Shown here: positions 55,563-64,000 of the stretch, one piece after another
Numbering within the stretch: position 1 is the first letter of the stretch
Layout of the letters: each line of letters starts with the position of its first letter
From: Candidatus Woesearchaeota archaeon
GTDB taxonomy: Archaea; Nanobdellota; Nanobdellia; Woesearchaeales; ARS49
Direction of reading: 5' to 3'
Length of the DNA stretch: 64,000 bases
NCBI GenBank assembly: GCA_016188265.1
Contig: JACPID010000001.1
Coordinates: forward strand, 1,674-65,673
Notes under the pieces: model-generated
Told to the model about the DNA's origin: nothing
Database searches by the model: none
What the model saw: only the letters and a program-made list of their open reading frames with translations
Program-made: the position numbers and the translations under genes

Positions 55563-56761
55563 TGATTTTTCAATTTAAACTGCCAGATATTGGTGAAGGA
55601 ATTACAGAAGCTGAAATTGTAGAATGGCTTGTTAAAGAAAAAGAGAATGTTAAAGAAGACCAGCCTATTATTAAAATAGAAACAGATAAAGCTGTTGTTG
55701 AATTGCCATCGCCTCATAAAGGAAAAATAGTTAAATTATACTGCAGAAAAGGCGATGTAATAAAAGTTGGTTCTGTTATTGCAGGTATTGAAGTTAAAGA
55801 AAAAAGAAAAAAAACAGGTGCAGAAAAAGCCGGAGGAGTTGTTGGATTTTTAGAAGAAGCTTCTTCTGTAGTTGTGGTGCGTGCAAAAAAAGTTAATAGT
55901 GTTTCAAAATTATCTCCGAAAATTTTAGCTTTGCCTTCTGTTCGTGAATTATCAAAAGAAAAAAATATTGATATTTCAAGTATTAAAGGCAGCGGTCTTG
56001 GTGGCAGAATAACTAAAGAAGATATTTTGAAAGCAGTTGAAGCAAAACCTATTATTAAAAAGAAATATGACCTTTATGGCCATATTAATAGAATTGCTTT
56101 GAAAGGTGCAAGAAAAACCATTGCTAAGAAGATGTTAGAAAGTAGTAAAAAAGCTGCTAGTGTTACACACATTGATGAAATTGATGTAACTGATCTGGCT
56201 AAATTGAAAGAAGTTGAACATAAAAGAGGAATTAAAATAACATATCTTCCTTATATTATAAAAGCAGTTGTTCTTGCATTAAAAAAATATCCTGTAATTA
56301 ATAGCTCTCTTGAAGGCGATGAAATAATAATTAAAAAATACTACAATATAGGCATAGCTGTTGATACTAAAGATGGCTTAATAGTTCCTGTTCTAAAGGG
56401 TGCTGATAAAAAAGATTTATACAAAATAGCTAAAGAAATTGCAGAGTTAGCTGATAAGGCTAGAAATAGAACTATTGATTTAGCTGATTTGAAAGGAAGT
56501 AGTTTTACAATCACTAATATAGGGTCTATTGGTGGGTTATATTCTACTCCTATTATTAATCCTCCTGAAGCTGCAATATTAGCACTGGGACGAATTATGG
56601 AAAAACCTATTGTAATGAATGATAAAGTTATTATTAGAAAAATACTTCCAGCATCACTCACATTTGATCATCAGATTCTTGATGGAGCAGAAGCAGCAAG
56701 ATTTATTAATAAAGTTAAAAGTTTACTTCAGAATACTAAAGAGGTGTTTAATAAAAAATGA
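55562..56761 (+). CDS. pdhC: dihydrolipoamide acyltransferase E2
   Basis: Lipoyl domain with IETDKAVVELPSP, E3-binding region, catalytic domain with DHQILDGA. Confidence 0.8.
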   Translation: MIFQFKLPDIGEGITEAEIVEWLVKEKENVKEDQPIIKIETDKAVVELPSPHKGKIVKLYCRKGDVIKVGSVIAGIEVKEKRKKTGAEKAGGVVGFLEEASSVVVVRAKKVNSVSKLSPKILALPSVRELSKEKNIDISSIKGSGLGGRITKEDILKAVEAKPIIKKKYDLYGHINRIALKGARKTIAKKMLESSKKAASVTHIDEIDVTDLAKLKEVEHKRGIKITYLPYIIKAVVLALKKYPVINSSLEGDEIIIKKYYNIGIAVDTKDGLIVPVLKGADKKDLYKIAKEIAELADKARNRTIDLADLKGSSFTITNIGSIGGLYSTPIINPPEAAILALGRIMEKPIVMNDKVIIRKILPASLTFDHQILDGAEAARFINKVKSLLQNTKEVFNKK

Positions 56762-57573
56762 AAATAATTGATGCACATATACATACAAATTTTGAGATTG
56801 CTGATAGTAAAGCCTTTGCTAAAAAATATAATATTGATTTTTCCTGGAAAGGTTTACAAAATCAATTAAATAAAAATAATGTTATTGCTGCCATAACAAT
56901 ATCATCATCTGAAAAGTCACAAACACCTGGAGAAAGTAAAGAATTATGCCAGCAGGCATTAAAAGAGAAAAGATTATTGCCGGTTTGCAGTGTTCATCCT
57001 AATTATGTTAGTAAAAAATACTTAAATGCAACTAAGAAACTGTTTGATGAACATTTAATTTATGGAATTAAAATATTTGCAGGATACCATCCAGTATATC
57101 CTAGTAATAAAAAATATTTTCCATTTTATAAATTAGCTGCCAAATATGATGTTCCTGTTGTTATTCATACTGGGGATACTTTTGGATCTCAATATTTAAT
57201 AAAGTATGCTCACCCTCTTGATGTTGATGAAATTGCAGTTCGTTTTCCTAAAACAAAATTCATAATAGCGCATTCTGGCAATCCTTGGGTTAGAGATACT
57301 GCTGAGGTTGTTTACAAAAATGAAAATGTTTATGCTGATGTTTCTGCTTTCTGCATTGGGCACTTTAATAAAGTTTCAAAAAACACTTTGCATGATATTC
57401 GTTTTGCATTGGAGTATAGCCATAAGCCAGATAGATTTCTGTATGGAAGCGACTGGCCGCTTGTCTTGATGAATCAGTATATAAAATTAATTAAATTAGC
57501 AATTCCTGAAAAACATCATAAGAAAGTTTTTTTTGAAAATGCAAATAGAATTTTTAAACTTGGATTAAATTAA
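56758..57573 (+). CDS. amidohydrolase-family metal-dependent hydrolase (TIM barrel)
   Basis: MKIIDAHIHTNFE start with later His/Asp positions. ATGA overlap with E2. Confidence 0.5.
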   Translation: MKIIDAHIHTNFEIADSKAFAKKYNIDFSWKGLQNQLNKNNVIAAITISSSEKSQTPGESKELCQQALKEKRLLPVCSVHPNYVSKKYLNATKKLFDEHLIYGIKIFAGYHPVYPSNKKYFPFYKLAAKYDVPVVIHTGDTFGSQYLIKYAHPLDVDEIAVRFPKTKFIIAHSGNPWVRDTAEVVYKNENVYADVSAFCIGHFNKVSKNTLHDIRFALEYSHKPDRFLYGSDWPLVLMNQYIKLIKLAIPEKHHKKVFFENANRIFKLGLN

Positions 57574-57971
57574 TTTCCTAAGAGTTCATCAAGAGTTTTT
57601 TTATAACTTTTTTTCCATTCTTTTTCTCTATTTTTTTCAAGTTCAATTAGTATTTTAAAGTATTCTTCAAAATATTCTTTGTTCTTTTTAATAAATTTTA
57701 ATCCAGCATAACGAGCTGCCTCTCCTAAAACAATAAAAGGAAGTAAAGAATAAATGTTTTTAAATGAAAGAAATAGTCCTGTTGCTTCTAATATTGCCGG
57801 AAATACTGCTCTAACAAAGTAGAATTTGTACATGTCTTTCTTTAACTCAACGTCAAGCACAACAAACAAATCAGGATAAGCATAAAATTCGCGATATTTT
57901 GCTTCAGTGTATTTACATAAATTTTCAACATCTTTGCAGAAGTAATAATCAATAATACTTTTAAGATTCAT
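57570..57971 (-). CDS. hypothetical protein
   Basis: 133-aa ORF, no motif recognised. Confidence 0.3.
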   Translation of the reverse strand: MNLKSIIDYYFCKDVENLCKYTEAKYREFYAYPDLFVVLDVELKKDMYKFYFVRAVFPAILEATGLFLSFKNIYSLLPFIVLGEAARYAGLKFIKKNKEYFEEYFKILIELEKNREKEWKKSYKKTLDELLGN

Positions 57972-58093
57972 CTGTATATTTTCAGAATATCTTACTTATA
58001 TATTTATTGACAAGATATATCCTCACTGGCCACTGGACATTTATACACGTAGGTTTTTTAAACACTAAGAATTCCACCAATCAAATCAATAAA

Positions 58094-60292
58094 ATGTTAA
58101 AAGAATTTATTCCGCGGTTATATCAAGAAACTATTTTTGATACTTGCACTAAAAAAAACACCCTCGTAGTGCTTCCAACTGGTATGGGAAAAACTGGTGT
58201 TGCTTTAATGCTTTCAGCGCATCGTTTAAAATTGTTTCCACAATCAAAAGTTCTTGTTTTAGCTCCTACAAAACCTTTGGTTCAGCAGCATTTTGAGACT
58301 TTTAAAAGACATTTAGATTTTCCTAATGAAAAATTTGTTTTATTTACTGGAAATGTTAGCCCTGAAAAAAGGGCTGAGATGTGGAAAAATTCTCAAATAA
58401 TTATGAGCACACCTCAAGGCCTTGAGAATGATAGTTTAAGTAGCAAGATCTATTTAAAAGACGTTTCATTGCTTGTTTTTGATGAGTCTCATCGGGCTGT
58501 TGGGGATTATTCTTATGTTTTTATTGCAAAGCAGTATGTTAAACAAGCTGATTTTCCAAAAATACTTGCATTAACTGCCTCGCCAGGTGATGATTTAGAA
58601 AAAATAACTGAAATATGTAAAAACCTGCATATTGAAGAAGTTGAGATAAGAACTGAGGACGATCCTGATGTTGTTCCTTATGTTCAAGAAATGAATACTA
58701 AGTTTGTAAAGGTTGATTTTCCTGTTGAGTTAAAGGATGTTAGAAAATTTTTGAGCAATTGTTATAAAAGCAAGCTTGAAGAAATTCAAAAATATGGTTA
58801 TCTTAGTTCTATTTCTATAAATAAAACTGAACTTATTCATTTGCAAGGGCAATTATTTGGCCAAATGAGTAATGGAGATCATTCTATTGAGCTTATGAAA
58901 AGTATTTCTTTGCTTGCAGAGGCTCTTAAGATTGAGCATGGTTTGGCTCTTCTTGAAACTCAGGGAATTCAGCAGCTTAAACAGTATTTGGAAAAACTTG
59001 ATAATGAAGCTTTGATAAGCAAAACAAAAGCTGTTAAGAATCTTGTTAGAGATTTAAATTTTAGAAGCGCTTTAATTAAGTCAAAAGCCATTGCTGAAAC
59101 AGGCTTGGTCCATCCAAAACTTTTAAGAGCAGTTGAGTGCGTAAAAGAAGAGCTGGGAAAAAATCAAAAATCAAAAATTATATTATTTACTCAGTTTAGA
59201 GATACTGCTGTTTTGATGAAAAATTCTTTTGAAAAAGAAAATATTTTATCAGAGATTTTTGTTGGTCAAACAAAAAAAAAAAAAACTGGATTAAGCCAAA
59301 AAGAACAAATTGCAATAATTGGCCAGTTTAGGGATGGATTTTTTAATGTTTTAATTTCAACTTCTGTTGGTGAAGAAGGGTTGGATATTCCTGCTGTTGA
59401 CCTTGTTGTTTTTTACGAGCCAGTTCCAAGCGCAATAAGATACATTCAAAGGCGAGGAAGAACTGGAAGGCAGGAAAAAGGTCGTGCAGTTGTGCTTATA
59501 ACAAAAGGAACACGTGATGAAGCTTATCAATGGAGCGCTGATCATAAAGAAAAGAGAATGAAGACTATTCTTCAGAATATGAAAACAAAAATAAATTTGG
59601 GGAATATAAAACAAACAAGCATTTCACAATATTCTTCTTTAAGCAGTGTTAGGATTATTGCAGATTATCGTGAAAAGGGCAGTGGAGTTCTGAAAGCGCT
59701 TGTTGATATGAATGTAAAGATTGAATTGGAACAATTGCGTGAAGCTGACTATGTTTTAAGTTCAAGGGTTGGTGTTGAGTTTAAGACTGTTGATGATTTT
59801 GTTAATAGCATTATTGATGGAAGATTATTAGAGCAAGTTAAGTATTTACGCAGACAATTTGAAAGGCCAGTTATACTGATAGAAGGAGAACAAGATTTGT
59901 ATAGTGTCAGGAAGATTCATCCGAATGCAATAAGAGGCATGCTTGCAACAATAATTGTAAGCTTTGGAATTCCAATAATCCAAACAAAGAATTTTAAGGA
60001 AACTGCTGAATTGATTTATTTGATTGCTAAAAAAGAGCAAGAAAAAGATGGAGATTTGTTCCATCTGCATTCTGAAAAAAGATTGAGTTCATTAAAAGAA
60101 CAGCAGGAATATATTGCTTCTTCATTTCCAAATATAGGGCCTTATCTAGGAAAAGCATTGCTTAAGAATTTCAAGACAATTAAGAACATAGCCAATGCCT
60201 CTGAAGAAGATTTGAAAAAAGTTGAAGGTATTGGAGAAAAATTAGCTAAAGGAATTAAAGATGTTAGTGAAAAAGAGTGGAATGACTTATAA
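58094..60292 (+). CDS. hef: Hef-like helicase-nuclease (DEAH helicase + ERCC4 nuclease + HhH2)
   Basis: Walker A PTGMGKTG, DESH, helicase motif VI QRRGRTGR, ERCC4 block IIADYREKGSGV...ADYVLSSRVGVEFKTVDD, C-terminal HhH IGPYLGKAL...VEGIGEKLAKGI. Start placed at MLKEF. Confidence 0.75.
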   Translation: MLKEFIPRLYQETIFDTCTKKNTLVVLPTGMGKTGVALMLSAHRLKLFPQSKVLVLAPTKPLVQQHFETFKRHLDFPNEKFVLFTGNVSPEKRAEMWKNSQIIMSTPQGLENDSLSSKIYLKDVSLLVFDESHRAVGDYSYVFIAKQYVKQADFPKILALTASPGDDLEKITEICKNLHIEEVEIRTEDDPDVVPYVQEMNTKFVKVDFPVELKDVRKFLSNCYKSKLEEIQKYGYLSSISINKTELIHLQGQLFGQMSNGDHSIELMKSISLLAEALKIEHGLALLETQGIQQLKQYLEKLDNEALISKTKAVKNLVRDLNFRSALIKSKAIAETGLVHPKLLRAVECVKEELGKNQKSKIILFTQFRDTAVLMKNSFEKENILSEIFVGQTKKKKTGLSQKEQIAIIGQFRDGFFNVLISTSVGEEGLDIPAVDLVVFYEPVPSAIRYIQRRGRTGRQEKGRAVVLITKGTRDEAYQWSADHKEKRMKTILQNMKTKINLGNIKQTSISQYSSLSSVRIIADYREKGSGVLKALVDMNVKIELEQLREADYVLSSRVGVEFKTVDDFVNSIIDGRLLEQVKYLRRQFERPVILIEGEQDLYSVRKIHPNAIRGMLATIIVSFGIPIIQTKNFKETAELIYLIAKKEQEKDGDLFHLHSEKRLSSLKEQQEYIASSFPNIGPYLGKALLKNFKTIKNIANASEEDLKKVEGIGEKLAKGIKDVSEKEWNDL

Positions 60293-60319
60293 GAACTAAT
60301 ATATTAATCGTTCTATGCT

Positions 60320-61171
60320 TTATAACTTGACTTCTTTCAATCGCTTTATTCTGTCAGCAGTACTGGGATGTGTGCTGAATAAATTAACAAGTCCTTGATT
60401 CTTGAAAGGATTGCTGATAAATAAGTGTGCTGTTGATTCTGTAATTCCAGATGGTTTAAGTGGATAGTTATGAACGCTTGCTTCTATTTTTTGTAATGCA
60501 GTTATTAATCCATTTGAGTTTCTCAGTGTTCTTGCTGCTGATTCATCTGCTAAATATTCTCTGCTTCTTGAAATAGCAAGTTGAATTATCGTAGCTAGTA
60601 TAGGCGTTAAAACCACTAGAACTAATAATCCAACAATATTATTTTCTCGTTCACCATTTCTTCCGCCAAATATTGCAGACCACTGAGCCATATAAGCAAT
60701 ATAAGATATTACTCCTGCAATTGTTGCAGCAATAGTGGATATTAGTGTATCTCTATTTTTTATGTGAGATAATTCATGTGCTAATACTCCTTTTAGTTCT
60801 TCTTTATCAAGTAATTGCAGTATTCCTTGAGTGCACGCTACTGTTGCTCTTTTTGGGTTTGGTCCTGTTGCAAAAGCATTTGCTTGGTGTGTTGGAATAA
60901 TATAGAGTTTTGGTTTTGGTATTTTTGCTTTACGAGCTATATCTTCTATGATTAAATGAAGTTCTTGATGGCTTGTCTTTGTAGCTTCTTTTGCTTTGTA
61001 CATTGCAAGAACAATTTTATCACTCCACCAATATGCTCCAAAATTCATTAAAATAGAAAATAATAGCATAAATGTTAATCCTGAATTTCCCCCAACTAAT
61101 TGGCCAACCCATAATAATAGTCCTGTAAGCAATCCTAACAATAGCGCTGTTTTAAGCTGGTTTTTAATCAT
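60320..61171 (-). CDS. htpX: HtpX-like M48 zinc metalloprotease
   Basis: HELSHIKNRD (HExxH) in a protein with four TM helices. Confidence 0.75.
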   Translation of the reverse strand: MIKNQLKTALLLGLLTGLLLWVGQLVGGNSGLTFMLLFSILMNFGAYWWSDKIVLAMYKAKEATKTSHQELHLIIEDIARKAKIPKPKLYIIPTHQANAFATGPNPKRATVACTQGILQLLDKEELKGVLAHELSHIKNRDTLISTIAATIAGVISYIAYMAQWSAIFGGRNGERENNIVGLLVLVVLTPILATIIQLAISRSREYLADESAARTLRNSNGLITALQKIEASVHNYPLKPSGITESTAHLFISNPFKNQGLVNLFSTHPSTADRIKRLKEVKL

Positions 61172-61326
61172 TTCTAAACCTTCAAAGTATTGATTATTTC
61201 AGTGTTTAAATAATTTACTGATGTTTTTTTATTTTTAATAATGCCTCTGTCAAAAAGAAAAAATAATTTAAGAAATTTTTTAGAATTATAGAAATATTTA
61301 AATATTAGATTACCTTTAAAGGTAAT

Positions 61327-62199
61327 ATGAACCTATATTTATTAAAAAAAATATTGTCGAAAGAGAGCATGTTTATTCCCCTCATCTTTACTAGAAAGCA
61401 ATTCTTTGTTCTGAAAAAATATAATAATAAGAAAAAGTTGTCAAATGCTGAAAAGAAAGCATTGTATACTTCAATTAAAAAAAAGTTAAATGCATTAAAT
61501 TATTTGCATAGAGAAAGCAGTGAAAAAGAGTACTTTTTTCAAGGAAAAGAAAACATGATTACTAAAAGGATAGAAGAAGCCAAAAGAATGATTGAAGAGT
61601 ACAGAAAAGATTATGAAAAAATATTTGTAAGCGGATCATTCCTTTTTTCAGGAAAATATCATGATATCGATATATTTATAATAACAAAAAAAGGATATAT
61701 CGAAAAGTTTGAAGGGAAAAAACATTTAATATTTTTAACTGAAAAAAAACTAGCACAACCAATTTTCCAATCAGCAGCATTAATATCAGTCTCAAATTTT
61801 TCAATACACACTGCATTAGTTAAAAAAAAAATGAAATTAATTGAACTTATCTCTACATACCATGAAGCAATAATTGAATTAATGATGTATGAAGAAAAAC
61901 CTGAAGCTGCAAGAAGGCTAATTTTTGATTATGAACTATACTGCAAGAATAATTTGTTAAATCCAAAACAATTACAAGAAAAAACTAAAAAGACAAATAC
62001 CAAAATATTAAGTGAAAATATTAAAGAACTGTTAAAGCACTTTTTCTCAAAAAATTATATATATGTCGAATTACATAAATATATTAAAACACTCACAGAA
62101 TCAATCAAAAAGATAACTCCTAATTTTCATTTAAAACTTTTCAAAAGAACTTACGAGGAACTAATCTATGGAGCCGCAAAGAAGTTAAGCATAGATTAA
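61327..62199 (+). CDS. nucleotidyltransferase-domain protein
   Basis: Minimal NTase motif FVSGSFLFSGKYHDIDIFII (G[GS]...DhD). Confidence 0.45.
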   Translation: MNLYLLKKILSKESMFIPLIFTRKQFFVLKKYNNKKKLSNAEKKALYTSIKKKLNALNYLHRESSEKEYFFQGKENMITKRIEEAKRMIEEYRKDYEKIFVSGSFLFSGKYHDIDIFIITKKGYIEKFEGKKHLIFLTEKKLAQPIFQSAALISVSNFSIHTALVKKKMKLIELISTYHEAIIELMMYEEKPEAARRLIFDYELYCKNNLLNPKQLQEKTKKTNTKILSENIKELLKHFFSKNYIYVELHKYIKTLTESIKKITPNFHLKLFKRTYEELIYGAAKKLSID

Positions 62200-62213
62200 T
62201 TGAAATTTTCGGT

Positions 62214-62516
62214 GTGCAAATTAAATTTAATAAGAGTTTTGATGGCCATATTGCTACATTGAAAAAAGGAATGGTTGTTAGTTTTATAGAATGGTGTCAA
62301 AGATGTAAAGACAACAAAGAACTGGGTTCAGTTCCTTCTAGAAAAGAATATAAGCACTTATATATTTTCTTTAGAAAAATAGCTTCTGATGTAAGAGCGG
62401 TATTAATAAAAGAGCAAAACAACAATTTTATTGAAATAATTCTGGATAACCACAAATGCTATGACGATACTAGAATAAAGTATGGCTATAAAAAGAGCTC
62501 TTATTACGGAAGCTAA
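62214..62516 (+). CDS. hypothetical protein
   Basis: 100-aa ORF; may be the substrate-binding partner of the upstream NTase. Confidence 0.3.
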   Translation: MQIKFNKSFDGHIATLKKGMVVSFIEWCQRCKDNKELGSVPSRKEYKHLYIFFRKIASDVRAVLIKEQNNNFIEIILDNHKCYDDTRIKYGYKKSSYYGS

Positions 62517-62587
62517 TGATATTTTTTATGCTCTCAAAATGTTTCTTCAATAAAATTAGTTCTCAGTTTTAATGCTTTCGCTGTGAT

Positions 62588-63898
62588 TTAATTGCCAGTT
62601 CCAATTCCAATATGTTTTATACCTAGTTCTTTTAGATGTTTAGAATCGTATATGTTTCTTCCATCAAAAATAATTGGATTTTTTAATAATTTTTTTATTA
62701 TATTGAAATCAGGAGCTTTGAACTCGTCCCATTCTGTGCATAAAATAATTCCATCGCTGTCTATTAGCGCTTCTTCTTTGGTTTTTGTATAAACTAGCTT
62801 ATCTTCAAATATTTTTTTAACATTATTAATAGATTTAGGATCGTAAACCTTGATTTTACAATTATTTTTAAGCAACTCATTGATTATGCTTAATGAAGGC
62901 GCTTCTCTTATATCATCAGTTTCAGGTTTAAATGATAAGCCCCAAACAGTAAATGTTTTTTCAGATAGTTCGCCAAAATATGATTTTATTTTTTTAACTA
63001 AAATTAATTTTTGTTTTTCATTAATTTCATTTACAGTTTCAAAAATTGTAAGTGGAGACTGATTTTCTCTGGCAATATAGTTAAAACCTTTAACATCTTT
63101 TGGAAAACAACTTCCACCATAGCCCATTCCTGCATATAAAAATAAATTTCCAATTCTTTTATCAGAACCCACTCCAAGAGCAACTTTTTTGTAATCAGCT
63201 CCTAATATTGAACATAGATTTGCAATTTCATTTGAAATAGAAATACGTGTTGCAAGATGTGCATTAGCAGAATACTTAACCAGCTCTGCTTCTAAAGGGC
63301 TCATTACATAAATTGGATTATTATTAAGTACAAATGGTTTATAAAATTCTTTAAGAATTTTTTCAGATTTTTCAGATTCAATGCCAATAACAATTCTGTC
63401 TGGCCTTTCTGTATCATCTACTGCTTTTCCTTCTCTTAAAAATTCAGGATTCATTGCAATGTCAAAAGGTATTTTTATTTTATTCTTGATTTTTTTCTTT
63501 ACTTGCTCTGTAGTTCCTGGAGGCACTGTGCTTTTAACAACAACCAGCTTATAAGAATTAATATGATCTGCAATTTTATCTGCAACATTGTAAACATAAT
63601 TAAGATTAACAGAACCGTTTTCATTTGAAGGAGTGCCTACTGTTATAAAGATTAATTCAGAATTTGTAACTGCTTCTTCAAGTACGTCGGTAATAAAAAG
63701 TTTTTCTGAAGAAATTGTTTCTTCAATTATTTCCTTTAATTTAGGTTCATAAATGTGTATTTTGCCTTTCTTAAGCAATTCTTGGATTTCTTTTACTTTT
63801 TCTGGCAGGTCAACACAATAAACTTTGTGGCCTTTTTTAGCAGTTATAGCTCCGCTTACAGTGCCAACATAACCTGTTCCAATATAAGTTATAATCAT
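62588..63898 (-). CDS. UDP-glucose / nucleotide-sugar 6-dehydrogenase family protein
   Basis: N-terminal GTGYVGTV Rossmann, catalytic GGSCFPKD, C-terminal UDP-binding domain. Confidence 0.75.
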   Translation of the reverse strand: MIITYIGTGYVGTVSGAITAKKGHKVYCVDLPEKVKEIQELLKKGKIHIYEPKLKEIIEETISSEKLFITDVLEEAVTNSELIFITVGTPSNENGSVNLNYVYNVADKIADHINSYKLVVVKSTVPPGTTEQVKKKIKNKIKIPFDIAMNPEFLREGKAVDDTERPDRIVIGIESEKSEKILKEFYKPFVLNNNPIYVMSPLEAELVKYSANAHLATRISISNEIANLCSILGADYKKVALGVGSDKRIGNLFLYAGMGYGGSCFPKDVKGFNYIARENQSPLTIFETVNEINEKQKLILVKKIKSYFGELSEKTFTVWGLSFKPETDDIREAPSLSIINELLKNNCKIKVYDPKSINNVKKIFEDKLVYTKTKEEALIDSDGIILCTEWDEFKAPDFNIIKKLLKNPIIFDGRNIYDSKHLKELGIKHIGIGTGN

Positions 63899-64000
63899 AG
63901 TTGTAAAAAGAAATATTTTATTTAAAAATATTTAGAACATATAATCTTTTATATCTTGATTTCTTTCTATAAATTATGGCTATTGAATTAAGTACTCTGC

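Overview
The window is an AT-rich (about 30% GC) archaeal chromosome segment, with compact gene spacing and many small Zn-ribbon proteins, consistent with a DPANN-like lineage. Archaeal markers present include TFS/RpoM, PCNA, NucS/EndoMS, Hef, aEF-1beta, Taw1, Trm1, ribosomal S15P, RNase J and a Sec11-type signal peptidase. The backbone is housekeeping: a dCTP deaminase-thyA-folA-tmk dTMP operon, GyrA, XPD, RtcA, ScpB, and a partial pyruvate-dehydrogenase-type cluster (E1alpha, lipoate ligase, E1beta, E2). Accessory content is interleaved throughout. Things worth a second look: (1) a structured, inverted-repeat-terminated repeat element of about 130-150 nt in three copies, one of which appears to supply the C-terminus and stop codon of the lipoate-ligase gene; (2) a FabG / FabF-like KAS / possible hotdog cluster in which the KAS nucleophilic Cys is a Ser; (3) E1alpha split by an in-frame TAA; (4) GyrA carrying a 433-aa LAGLIDADG intein immediately after the catalytic Tyr; (5) three toxin-antitoxin modules (RelE-like, MazEF, VapBC next to tRNA-Leu), the RelE module sitting in a neighbourhood of TrmB-family paralogs and a paralogous small winged-helix protein; (6) scattered genes with a distinct A/C-ending codon usage, plus a higher-GC patch carrying an AlbA_2/HATPase gene preceded by a structured GC-rich region and ACTTCTAA direct repeats; (7) a Cys-rich 40-aa peptide with a CPVC membrane protein and Zn-ribbon next to an HxlR regulator; (8) an orphan Csa3-like CARF-wHTH regulator between two DoxX genes. 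No CRISPR array, transposase or integrase was seen. All calls are by eye from the ORF track and the sequence; no searches were run.
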